This document shows positions 16,915 through 25,909 of a stretch of 64,000 nucleotides of DNA, in pieces; the first letter of the stretch is position 1; the number at the start of each line of letters is the position of its first letter. Under the pieces are notes generated by a model. The model saw nothing but the letters and a program-made list of their open reading frames with translations. It did no database searches and was not told where the DNA came from. This DNA comes from Deltaproteobacteria bacterium (GTDB lineage Bacteria > Myxococcota_A > Polyangia > Fen-1088). The stretch spans positions 192,001 to 256,000 of the forward strand of contig JANRKS010000005.1 in the NCBI GenBank assembly GCA_033763315.1, given 5' to 3'. Both the position numbers and the translations under genes were made by a program.

Positions 16915-18090
16915 CTATACTAGCACGACAAACGTGGCCCCCGACGTCTCGTGCGACGTTCGCGGCGCCAGGCCAATCGTGCCTTCGTGAGCCTCAAGGA
17001 TGCGGCGGCACAATGACAGCCCAATGCCTGTGCCCTTGGCTTTGGTGGTGAAAAGCGGCTCGAAGATCCGATGAGCGACGTCCAAGGCCACCCCGGGCCC
17101 CTCATCGTGGACGCGGAACTCCGTCTTGTTGCCCACCGCCTTGGCGCTGACAGTGATGGTGCCCTGGCCACCCATGGCTTGCGAGGCGTTGATGAAAAGA
17201 TTGGAGAACACCTGCGCCATCTGGCCTGCATCGACGCTCACGTGCAGTCCAGGGTCAATGTCTTGCGCGACTTTGATGGTCTCCGGCAGGTTGGCCGCGC
17301 TCACGCCCAGTTCAACCACAGTTGTGGCGAGGGTGCTTTGCCGCGAGGGCGGCCGGTTGCGCGCCAGCTCGAGCAAGTCAGTGATCGTTTTGTTCGCACG
17401 CCGCACCTCACTGGCGATGCGGTCGATGTGTTTAACAACTTTCGGATCGCCCGCTCCGTCCTGCAATCCCAAGCGTTGGCGCAGCAAAAACACGGAGCTT
17501 TCAACCACCCCTAGGGGGTTACGAAGTTCATGCCCGATGCCGGTGGCGAACTGCCCAATCGTTGCCAATCGTTCGGCAGCGCGGTTCGCCGACAGCAACG
17601 ATTCGCGATACGTCTCAAGCATGATCGCCAGCTCCAAATCCAATATCTTTTCAAGCGCGGTCGCGGTTCTGTGGCTGCGCGGTGGGTCGCCGATCAGGTT
17701 TTCATAGACCAAGCTCAACAAGCGCACGCGGATGCGGTTGATCGCCGTGAACATGTACTCTTGTGGCAGCGCGATACGCACATGCATGCGGCCGATGCGG
17801 GCGCGCTTGTCAAAGTAGCTTTCGTCGTGAGGCCCTTTCATGAGCTCACGCAACCAATCCTTGAGCGTGTTCTTGAGCCGGTTGACCTGGTCCGCGCCGC
17901 CGGTGATGGCTTTGCGCGCGTCTTCGTGGGTCAAAATGGCTTCATAAAAGTCATCAACGATCGGGGTCACGTGGGGTTCAACCACGGGGAAAAAATCCAA
18001 CAACAACGCGCTGTCGTTGTCGTTAAAGCGAACGTAGTCCTTCAAACGTTCAAAGAAGCTAAGCTGTGGGGGGACCTGGGCTTCGTCCAT
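16915..18090 (-). CDS. Globin-coupled histidine kinase (AfGcHK-like O2 sensor)
   Basis: Protoglobin domain (FYEAIL distal Tyr; IGRMHVRIALPQ proximal His) fused directly to HisKA GHELRNPL and HATPase; resembles, from recall, Anaeromyxobacter AfGcHK. Confidence 0.92.
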   Translation of the reverse strand: MDEAQVPPQLSFFERLKDYVRFNDNDSALLLDFFPVVEPHVTPIVDDFYEAILTHEDARKAITGGADQVNRLKNTLKDWLRELMKGPHDESYFDKRARIGRMHVRIALPQEYMFTAINRIRVRLLSLVYENLIGDPPRSHRTATALEKILDLELAIMLETYRESLLSANRAAERLATIGQFATGIGHELRNPLGVVESSVFLLRQRLGLQDGAGDPKVVKHIDRIASEVRRANKTITDLLELARNRPPSRQSTLATTVVELGVSAANLPETIKVAQDIDPGLHVSVDAGQMAQVFSNLFINASQAMGGQGTITVSAKAVGNKTEFRVHDEGPGVALDVAHRIFEPLFTTKAKGTGIGLSLCRRILEAHEGTIGLAPRTSHETSGATFVVLV

Positions 18091-18108
18091 GGTGGCTTTT
18101 TAACAACT

Positions 18109-18124
18109 AGGCGTACATCTTGCA
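18109..18124 (+). promoter_or_regulatory. Putative sigma54 promoter for lipoprotein-cytochrome c pair
   Basis: AGGCGTACATCTTGCA (GG-N10-GC, TTGC) 36 nt before ATG 18161. Confidence 0.5.
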
Positions 18125-18160
18125 GTTGGATGGCTTCACAATGCAACAGGTGGTGAATCG

Positions 18161-18457
18161 ATGAATTTCATGCATCCAGCTCTGCCTCGCGCCGTGCTTG
18201 GCGTGTTGCTTACTCTTGCCGGCGCCTGCGGTACAGGGCGTGTGGCCGAATCGGCCTCGCCCAGGCCCGCGTCGCAAAGTCGTTCCAAAGACACGGTGCC
18301 CGAGCGCCTATCGGCGTTACCTGGGGCGGACAAAGAATCGGATCCTGAAAACCAGGAGCGGCGTTTTGGCCTGGGCGCTGCGAAGGCCAAGCGGGAGGAA
18401 GAGGCAGAGCGCAAAGCCGCGCAAGCCAAACGAGCCAATCTGGTGGGCAAGCCATGA
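18161..18457 (+). CDS. Small hypothetical lipoprotein
   Basis: Lipobox-like LAGAC; ATGA overlap with the next gene. Confidence 0.6.
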   Translation: MNFMHPALPRAVLGVLLTLAGACGTGRVAESASPRPASQSRSKDTVPERLSALPGADKESDPENQERRFGLGAAKAKREEEAERKAAQAKRANLVGKP

Positions 18458-19332
18458 CAGCCATAACGGCCATGACAGCAATGACAGGCTTCATTTTGTC
18501 TTTGTGTTTATCGGCAGGGCCGCAGCCAGCGCCGACGCCTCTACCCGCGCCGTCGCCAACACCCCCCACAAAAGCACCCATCGATCTGGTGTGGATGGTG
18601 GCACCGCCATCGGCCGAAGACGCCGCGCCGCCGCCGCCGAATACAGCGGCGTTGCGATCCAAAGGGGTGGCCTTGTTCACCCAGCATTGTGCTTCTTGTC
18701 ATGGCAAGCGCGGCGACGGCCGTGGGCAGGCCGCGGCTTCGTTGAGCGTTAAGCCGACCGACTTCACCAAGGCGATCTTCAAGGTGCGCTCCACACAGAG
18801 CGGCACTTTGCCTAAGGATGTGGATCTGTACGTCACCTTGTCGCGTGGCATGCATGGCACTGAAATGTTCCCGTGGGCCAAGCTTTCTTCAACCGACCGG
18901 TGGGCGCTGGTGCAAAGGATCAAAGCCTTCTCGCCGCGATGGAAGCAAGAGCAGCCGGGCAGGGCGTTCACCTTTGCCACGCCCGCGCCGAACGAGACGG
19001 ATGCCTTGCGTGCCAAAGGCAAATCGCTGTACGCGCAGCTTCGCTGTGGTGCGTGCCATGGCGTGGAGGGGGCGGCCAATGGTCCAGCTGCCGCACTCTA
19101 TAAAGACCCCAGCGGCCAGCGTCCGGTTTACATCCGCGATTTCCGCAAGGGCCAATTCCTGCGCGGATCGCAGATGCAAGACATCGTGATGACGTTACGA
19201 ACGGGCTTAGATGGCACGCCGATGGGCCCTTACGACGCATTGGCCGAGCCAGATCTGTGGGCTCTGGCAAGCTACGTGCGCGGCTTGGTGTCTCAGCGCC
19301 CTGTGCCTGAACCAACACCTGCGGTGCCATAA
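18454..19332 (+). CDS. Dihaem c-type cytochrome
   Basis: Two CxxCH motifs (CASCH, CGACH), each followed by a G..GT.M axial Met segment; signal peptide. Confidence 0.9.
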   Translation: MTAITAMTAMTGFILSLCLSAGPQPAPTPLPAPSPTPPTKAPIDLVWMVAPPSAEDAAPPPPNTAALRSKGVALFTQHCASCHGKRGDGRGQAAASLSVKPTDFTKAIFKVRSTQSGTLPKDVDLYVTLSRGMHGTEMFPWAKLSSTDRWALVQRIKAFSPRWKQEQPGRAFTFATPAPNETDALRAKGKSLYAQLRCGACHGVEGAANGPAAALYKDPSGQRPVYIRDFRKGQFLRGSQMQDIVMTLRTGLDGTPMGPYDALAEPDLWALASYVRGLVSQRPVPEPTPAVP

Positions 19333-19391
19333 TCGCGCGCACGCGATAGCGTGTTACGATCCCGCGTTCGGTTTGAACGCGGTGTTCGCCT

Positions 19392-21707
19392 TTGAGATCA
19401 CTTCCGGTTTTCCTTTGCCTGTGTGTTGCGGCGGCCTTTGGCCTGGGCCGCCACGCGCGTGCTGAATCCGCGTTCGCGGGGCCTTCCCTGCCTGCGTTGG
19501 TAAGCAAGACGTTCCACCCCGCAAGCTATGTGCGTTCGTTGGCGCAAACAACCGACGGCTATGTGTGGATGGGAACGCAACGCGGGCTCTTTCGTTTCGA
19601 CGGGATGCGCTTTGTTTTGTTCGCGAGCGATCAAACGCCCGGCATGCCCACGGGAGAGGTCACGGCCCTGTGGGCCACCCGCACCCGCAGCTTGTGGGTG
19701 GGCACCGAACACGGCCTGGCTCTGTTCGAAAATGGCCGCTTCACAAAGCCTGCAGGTATACCAACGCACATCGAAGCTGTGCGGCGTTTCACCATGGACG
19801 CCAACGGCTGGTTGTGGATGGCCACAAGTTCAGGTCTGCTGCAAACGCGCGGCGATGTTTGGGTACACCACGGTGTGGCCGAAGGTTTGCCCACCACCGA
19901 CGTGACCGACGTGGTGATCGATCCAGAAGGTGGTTTGTGGGTGCAAACGAGCCAGGGTCGAGCCAAACGGCAAGGCGATCGCTTTGTGTCTGTGTCGCCC
20001 TCTTTGCAGGTGGGCGCCACGGCGTTGCCACTGCCGCTTTTTGTTTCACGCGCCGTGCGCGACAACATAGCCGCGTGGCAAAGCTTCGCGGGCACCAACG
20101 TCGCAGCGGCACTCGTGGATTCACAAGACGCCCTATGGATTGCGCGGCCCTTTGCGGGTGGCCTGCTGCGCTGGATGGCGGGCCAACGCCAGGTGTTCAC
20201 GATGCGCGACGGTCTTGCCGCAAACGTGCTCACAAGCTTGCTGGAAGACGCGAACGGTGGTGTGTGGGCTGGCACCGCGGGCGGCGGGGCATCGCTCGTG
20301 CAGGCCGCGCGCTGGCGTGAAATCAACCGCAGCGATGGTTTGCCTGGCGACGCCGTGTTCGCCTTGGCCCCGGCAAAACAGGGGGGGGTGTGGGCGGCGT
20401 TGTCGGGCGGCGTGGCACGTGTGGCGCAAAAGCGCGTGCAGGTGTGGCCGGTGGGCAAAGGCTTGCCGCAGTCGTCACCGCGCTGGGTGGCTGAAGATAA
20501 GACCGGAGCGGTCTATAGCGTAGACGTTGAAGGCCACGTGGCCGTTATGTCTGACCCTGCCGCGGAACGAGCGGCTTTTGCAGCTTTGCCCAATGTGCAT
20601 TTGTCTGCGGCGACTTCGGCTTTGTTCGCGGATGAAAGCGGACGCGTGTGGCTCGCTCTTCTTGATGGCCGCGTGGATGAACTAAACAGCGAGGGCGCGA
20701 TCACTGTGCGGCCGTCCGACGTCGCTTGCGCGGGCGCCATCCCTTTGTGTCCATCGGCCGTGCGCAGCTTCGCTCAACGTAGCGCGGGGGGCCTGTGGCT
20801 TGGCACGTTCGCTCAAGGTGTTTGGCGAATGAACGCGCAAGGGCAGCTACAACAGGAGATCTCTTCGGAGCAAATCACCGATGAACCTGTGTTGTCGTTG
20901 ATTGAAGACGATGCGGGCGTGTTGTGGATCGGCAATGCGCGGGGCCTCGTTCGTTTCGATGGCAAACGCGCGCGGCGGTTCACAGCGGCTGATGGTTTGG
21001 CTGCGAGCGCTGTGACAGCGTTGGTGCAAGATGGCGCGGGGCGTGTGTGGGGTGCGGGGCCCGGCGGCTTCTTCTGCGTTCATGAGGCTGGCGCGCCTGC
21101 GGCGGGTTCCACCACGTTCGTTAACTTTGGTGTGGAAGATGGGCTCGCCAATGAAACGTTCGCGGCGTTTGGCATGGGCGCCACGCGCAGCCGTGACGGC
21201 CGCTTGTGGTTCGCAAGCCAAGCGGGCTTGGTTGCCGTGGAAGCGCCTGAAGATGTCTCGCCACCGCGCATACCACCAGTTCTCATCGAATCGGTGCAAG
21301 GCGAGGGCATCGAAGCACGCGTGGTGCTTGCGGAGGACGAACGCATTGAGGTGCCACGCAACGACGTGCGCATCCTTTTCACCGCGCCTGCGTTCAACGA
21401 GGCCCAACGTGTGCGCTTGCGCTATCGTGTGGGCCGTAACCCGCAAGGGTGGGTAGACGTGGGGCCTCACCGTTTTGCGCATCTCGTCGCTTTGCCGCCA
21501 GGCAACATCCTTTTCGAGGTCCAAGCCTCGCGGATCGATCGGCCGGGCGAGGTGCAAAGTGCACGCATTCGGCTAATCGTGTCGCGTCGCTACTACGAAA
21601 GGCCTATATTTGTTGTCGTTATCTTGCTGATCCTAGGCGCTTTTGCATTGGCTTTACGTGCAAAGGTCAAACGGCGCGCTCAACTGAGCGCTAAGGATCT
21701 GCGCTAA
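19392..21707 (+). CDS. Two-component regulator beta-propeller + Y_Y_Y sensor protein lacking a kinase domain
   Basis: Repeated DGxxWxGT/GL propeller blades, Y_Y_Y-like domain (RYRV...W...LPPG..FEVQA), one C-terminal TM, then only about 17 aa. Confidence 0.8.
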   Translation: MRSLPVFLCLCVAAAFGLGRHARAESAFAGPSLPALVSKTFHPASYVRSLAQTTDGYVWMGTQRGLFRFDGMRFVLFASDQTPGMPTGEVTALWATRTRSLWVGTEHGLALFENGRFTKPAGIPTHIEAVRRFTMDANGWLWMATSSGLLQTRGDVWVHHGVAEGLPTTDVTDVVIDPEGGLWVQTSQGRAKRQGDRFVSVSPSLQVGATALPLPLFVSRAVRDNIAAWQSFAGTNVAAALVDSQDALWIARPFAGGLLRWMAGQRQVFTMRDGLAANVLTSLLEDANGGVWAGTAGGGASLVQAARWREINRSDGLPGDAVFALAPAKQGGVWAALSGGVARVAQKRVQVWPVGKGLPQSSPRWVAEDKTGAVYSVDVEGHVAVMSDPAAERAAFAALPNVHLSAATSALFADESGRVWLALLDGRVDELNSEGAITVRPSDVACAGAIPLCPSAVRSFAQRSAGGLWLGTFAQGVWRMNAQGQLQQEISSEQITDEPVLSLIEDDAGVLWIGNARGLVRFDGKRARRFTAADGLAASAVTALVQDGAGRVWGAGPGGFFCVHEAGAPAAGSTTFVNFGVEDGLANETFAAFGMGATRSRDGRLWFASQAGLVAVEAPEDVSPPRIPPVLIESVQGEGIEARVVLAEDERIEVPRNDVRILFTAPAFNEAQRVRLRYRVGRNPQGWVDVGPHRFAHLVALPPGNILFEVQASRIDRPGEVQSARIRLIVSRRYYERPIFVVVILLILGAFALALRAKVKRRAQLSAKDLR

Positions 21708-21751
21708 CGAGGCGGCTTCGGGTGCAACTGCCCTCTTGAAAAGGTGAAACG

Positions 21752-22381
21752 ATGAACGAGACGAGCATCAAGATTTTAACCGTCGAAGATCACTTCCTGG
21801 CACGCTTGGCGTTGTCCACGCTCATTGAGGATCAAGTCGATATGAAGGTGTTGGGAACCGCCGAAAGCGGTCGTGAGGCGGTGGAAATCTACAGCAAACT
21901 GAATCCCGATCTGGTCTTGATGGATCTACGGTTGCCCGAGATGGATGGCGTCGAGGCTTCGCGCCAGATCTGCGAAAAAGATCCGAAGGCGCGCATCCTG
22001 GTTGTTAGCAACTATGAAAGCGAAGAAGACGTCAGCCGCGCCGTGGAAGCGGGCGCTCTTGGCTATCTTAAGAAAGACGCATCCGGCGATGTGTTGCTGC
22101 AAGCCATCCGCCGTGTGGCCAAAGGCGAACGATACTTTCCGCAAGAGATGCCAGAGAAAAACAATGATCGCTCTGGGCGCTCCACGTTGACGCCGCGTGA
22201 AATCGAAGTGTTGGATCTGATCTTCAAAGGCCGAAGCAACCGCGAAATCGCAGATCTTTTAACGATCGGCGAGGGTACGGTTCGCATTCATGTGAGCAAC
22301 GTGTTGTTGAAGCTGGGCGTCAAGCGGCGCACAGAAGCCGTGGCCGTGGGTCTCAAGCGCGGTTTGCTGCGGCATGAATAA
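21752..22381 (+). CDS. NarL/LuxR family response regulator
   Basis: REC (VEDH, MDLRLP) + LTPREIEVL..GRSNREIA..TVRIHVSN. Confidence 0.95.
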   Translation: MNETSIKILTVEDHFLARLALSTLIEDQVDMKVLGTAESGREAVEIYSKLNPDLVLMDLRLPEMDGVEASRQICEKDPKARILVVSNYESEEDVSRAVEAGALGYLKKDASGDVLLQAIRRVAKGERYFPQEMPEKNNDRSGRSTLTPREIEVLDLIFKGRSNREIADLLTIGEGTVRIHVSNVLLKLGVKRRTEAVAVGLKRGLLRHE

Positions 22382-22386
22382 GGCGC

Positions 22387-22415
22387 TTGACGGTTGTAAG
22401 CACTTGCCTCATCAT
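22387..22415 (+). promoter_or_regulatory. Putative sigma70 promoter
   Basis: TTGACG-N17-CATCAT upstream of the MFS leader region. Confidence 0.45.
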
Positions 22416-22589
22416 CGTGCCTCCATGTTGATTTCCGGTTCACTTGCCAAAACCCGCGCCCACGCGCTGCTGTCCGTTTCTACGGCGGTGGCCTGTGTAT
22501 GGCTGCGCGTAAGCAAGCGTCGGGCAAGCGTTGCTCATGGGAGGAGCATGGAAAGCCAAAGCTGAACATTGAAGTTCCGCTTGATTCCG

Positions 22590-22621
22590 AAACCCTCCCG
22601 CCAACCGCCGGAGGGTTTTTT
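22590..22621 (+). terminator. Intrinsic terminator / attenuator hairpin upstream of MFS gene
   Basis: AAACCCTCC..GGAGGGTTT stem followed by a T-run. Confidence 0.75.
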
Positions 22622-22679
22622 CGTTACGACCTCTGGTGAATCGGCGGTGGGGTTTGGGTTAGCTCTTGGAAGTGTCGTG

Positions 22680-23849
22680 ATGAACCCAGCCTCGAAAACC
22701 GCACCCGCCTTATTGCTCAATCCTGCACCAGCCGCGTCCTTGCTGCAGCCGGCCTTCGTGCGCCTGATGGCCATGCAAGTGGCGTTCGGCTTGTCGTTCT
22801 CGATCTTCTTGATCTTGCCGAAGCACTTGGCGGTCACGTTGCACGCGGGGCCAGCCGCCATCGGCTGGATCATGTCCATGTACGGTGTGGCGAACATCTT
22901 GTTCGCGCGGCCCATTGCTGCGTTCGTGCAACGGGTGGGCCGCAAGCGCGCGTTGCAAGCGGGCGCCTTGTGCGCCACTTTGGGTTCATCGTTGTTTGTG
23001 TTCGCTGACACAGCGGGTGTGCTCGCGGCCTCAGGTCGCTTGTTGCAAGGTGTGGCGTGGGCGCTTGTGTTCACGGCAGGAACGGCGATGGCTGCGGAGT
23101 TGGCGCCGGTGGGGCGCATGGCACACGCGATGGGTGTTTTTGCCAGTGCCGTGTTGGCGATGAACGCGATTGGACCGCCCTTGGCTGAACCTATGTTGAC
23201 GGCCTGGGGCCATCGGCCCGTGTTCGCGTTGGCGTCGATGGCGTCTTTTGTCGCCTTCTTTTTGGCTCGCCGCTTGCCCGCCCAGACAGCAGCCGCTTCC
23301 GACACACCTGCCATGCGAACCCGCTCGCCGTTGCCTCGCGCCTATTTGGCGCTGTGGGTTGTGTTGGGCGTGGCCTGTGGAACGATGTTCACGTTTTATC
23401 AGGCACTCGCGATCGATGCGCACGTGCCGCGTGTGAGCGATTTTCTGCTTGGTTACACCGCAGCGGCGTTGCTGGTGCGTGTGTTTGGTGGGCGCTTTGT
23501 GGATCGCATTGGTTACCGCACAACGTGTCTGTGGACCTTCGTGCTCTATGGATTCGTTGTGTTCGCCATGCGCTGGATGGGACCGCACACGATCGTGATC
23601 TTGGGCGCATGTTTCGGCGTGGCGCACGGCACGTTCTATCCGGCTATGATGGCTTTGAGCGTGGTCACCGTGCCGCCCCAGGCGCGCAGCGCGCTTATGT
23701 CAACGATCAACGTGGCCTACCACAGCGGTGCTATGGCGGTGGTGGCGTTGGGCTATGCCGCCACATACATCGGATTTGAAGCCATATTCGCGTTGGCGGC
23801 CATGGTTACATTGTTGTCACTGGGCTGGCTTCGTCCACGCCCCTCTTGA
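22680..23849 (+). CDS. MFS transporter
   Basis: About 12 TM; RVGRKR and GRFVDRIGYR motif A variants. Start re-called at ATG 22680, downstream of the hairpin. Confidence 0.9.
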   Translation: MNPASKTAPALLLNPAPAASLLQPAFVRLMAMQVAFGLSFSIFLILPKHLAVTLHAGPAAIGWIMSMYGVANILFARPIAAFVQRVGRKRALQAGALCATLGSSLFVFADTAGVLAASGRLLQGVAWALVFTAGTAMAAELAPVGRMAHAMGVFASAVLAMNAIGPPLAEPMLTAWGHRPVFALASMASFVAFFLARRLPAQTAAASDTPAMRTRSPLPRAYLALWVVLGVACGTMFTFYQALAIDAHVPRVSDFLLGYTAAALLVRVFGGRFVDRIGYRTTCLWTFVLYGFVVFAMRWMGPHTIVILGACFGVAHGTFYPAMMALSVVTVPPQARSALMSTINVAYHSGAMAVVALGYAATYIGFEAIFALAAMVTLLSLGWLRPRPS

Positions 23850-23881
23850 TCGAAAGCACAGGTGAGGGCAATGTGTGCGCC

Positions 23882-24403
23882 ATGATGAAGAAACAACTTG
23901 TTCTCGTAGCAATGATTCTTGGCACATCGGCCGCCCCCGCCTTGGCTCAAGATGTGTCGCCTGGGGCAACAACGTCCACGTCGTCGGGCGGCACCATCGG
24001 TCTGGGCGCGGAAGCCGGTTTGTTGGGTGGTCCCGCCGGAGCCGCGATGGTTTACGACATGGGACACTTGCGCGTCGATGGCATCTTGGGATTTGCGTCC
24101 GCAAGCGGTACAACCATCGGTTTGGGTGGTCGCGTGCTGTGGGTGTTGCATCAGAGCTCCAACGCCGACTTCGCGTTAGGTGGTGGCTTGGGCCTCATCA
24201 ACCGCAATCCAGATGGCCCCGCTGATAGCACCACAGACTTTCACGTTGAAGGTTTGGCTCAGATCCGTGTGTTCCTTTCGCAAAACGTGGCCTTGAGCAC
24301 AACGTTCGGCTTCGGAATCGATCTCAATGACGGTCGGGACGATGCCTTTGCGTTTGGTGGGCAGTTCCTGTCCAACGCCGGCCTCGTCTACTACTTCCGC
24401 TAG
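23882..24403 (+). CDS. Small outer-membrane beta-barrel protein
   Basis: Signal peptide (ALA-Q), alternating amphipathic strands, C-terminal GLVYYFR. Confidence 0.75.
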   Translation: MMKKQLVLVAMILGTSAAPALAQDVSPGATTSTSSGGTIGLGAEAGLLGGPAGAAMVYDMGHLRVDGILGFASASGTTIGLGGRVLWVLHQSSNADFALGGGLGLINRNPDGPADSTTDFHVEGLAQIRVFLSQNVALSTTFGFGIDLNDGRDDAFAFGGQFLSNAGLVYYFR

Positions 24404-24421
24404 ACACGCGCAGCATCGTTT

Positions 24422-25909
24422 ATGATGCGGGCCGTGCCACGAACAACCTCCGCATCGCTTCGCACGTTGTGGATCGTGCCATTGCTGTTGGGGCTCGCCG
24501 TGGGCTGTCACTGGTTCCGGCGGGCCACCATCCGCAGTTTTTTCAAAGATGGTGTCCCGGGCCCCGGGCCTGCGCTGCACCAGCCTCCTGCCGGAGAGCC
24601 CGGCCTTGCCCCCGTACGGCGTGTGCGCGTGGTGCTCATTGATGGCTTAGGCTTAGCGTTTGCCCCACCAACGTTGCAGCACGTGTGCGCGCAAGGCCTC
24701 GACTTGGTGGTTGACAGTGGCTTTCCCACGGTGTCGTTGCCCGTGCAGCACGTGTTGTGGACGGGTCGCACGCAAGGGCAATCTGGCGTGCTCTACCGGA
24801 TCGCCGCGTTGCCCAGTCCACCGGTCGATGCGTTGCCGTTGGCGGTGCCAGACGCGGTGGCGGTGGCAGAGTCACACAACGAGATCGTTCGCTCGTTTGG
24901 CTTTGCAAAGGTGCAGGCCCCTGTGGGCATCAAAGCCGTTTCTGAGGCGGACGAACGCTGGCGCAACGTGGGCTTCGCTGCCGCCGCACGGACGGCCATC
25001 CAAAGCGAAGCGCGTTTGGCTTTCGTTCACGTCTTGCGTGTAGACGAAGCGGGGCATGCCGAGGGCCCCGCCTCGGATCGATACGCCATGGCCGTTCGAT
25101 CAGCCGACGAGCTGTTGCACGAGCTTGTCAGCGCGGATCCTGAGCGTGAGACAACGCGCTGGTTGATCCTCTCGGATCACGGGCATCGGCGGGACGGCGG
25201 CCATGCCGACGCAGAAGGATCGATTCGGTTGGTGCGTGCGTGTCTATTCGGCGCTGGCCTCACACACTCACGGGCCGCTCGGCCTATCCACCTTGTGGAT
25301 GTGCACCGCGCGCTGGCGGATTCGTTGGGCGTCGCAACCACCTCAATGGGGCGCCCGCTGCCATTTGCGCTTACGCAACCGGATCGCAACGCCACACTTC
25401 CGTCGCCACGTTGGCCCGCGTGGGTTTGGGCTTTGGCAATGTTGGCTGGGGCGGCGTGGGCCACGTGGCGTTGCGCGCGGGATGTTCTGTTCGCCTATCC
25501 GTTTTGGTTCCCGGTTGCGTATGCGGTCGTGTGGCTCTCAAGAGGTGCAATCACCTTATCGAATCCCATCGTTTATCCACCGTTGGGTCTCACGGGGCTC
25601 ACCGCGTTTTGGCCCGCGTTGGTTCTGTTGTGTGTGCAGGCGTGGTTCGCCTTGTCACGCCTGCCGGTGGTGCGTGTGGCATTTGCATTGTTGTCGCTGC
25701 CTGCGGCCGCTTTGGCCGCGGTGGCTGTGCTGTGCAATGCCTTGCCCGTGTGGCTTGGCGTGGCCGATCCACCGCCGCTTGTGCCATGGTGGTCTGCACA
25801 CACAGCGGTGTTTGCCAGCGTGACGAGTGCAGCGTGCGTCGCCTTATCGGTGGGCGTGATTGCGCACGCCGTGTGGCCCACGCTAAGGCGCCGGCTGGGC
25901 GCCCGATAG
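24422..25909 (+). CDS. Alkaline-phosphatase-superfamily membrane enzyme (phosphodiesterase/EtN-P transferase-like)
   Basis: VLIDGLG, PTVSLP, VDEAGH, LSDHGH metal motifs plus a C-terminal multi-TM region. Confidence 0.75.
   Translation: MMRAVPRTTSASLRTLWIVPLLLGLAVGCHWFRRATIRSFFKDGVPGPGPALHQPPAGEPGLAPVRRVRVVLIDGLGLAFAPPTLQHVCAQGLDLVVDSGFPTVSLPVQHVLWTGRTQGQSGVLYRIAALPSPPVDALPLAVPDAVAVAESHNEIVRSFGFAKVQAPVGIKAVSEADERWRNVGFAAAARTAIQSEARLAFVHVLRVDEAGHAEGPASDRYAMAVRSADELLHELVSADPERETTRWLILSDHGHRRDGGHADAEGSIRLVRACLFGAGLTHSRAARPIHLVDVHRALADSLGVATTSMGRPLPFALTQPDRNATLPSPRWPAWVWALAMLAGAAWATWRCARDVLFAYPFWFPVAYAVVWLSRGAITLSNPIVYPPLGLTGLTAFWPALVLLCVQAWFALSRLPVVRVAFALLSLPAAALAAVAVLCNALPVWLGVADPPPLVPWWSAHTAVFASVTSAACVALSVGVIAHAVWPTLRRRLGAR

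Noticed and set aside
18454-18489. 9-bp ATGACAGCx-like repeats at the cytochrome start
   Set aside because: Short degenerate in-frame repeat; it only makes the start ambiguous.
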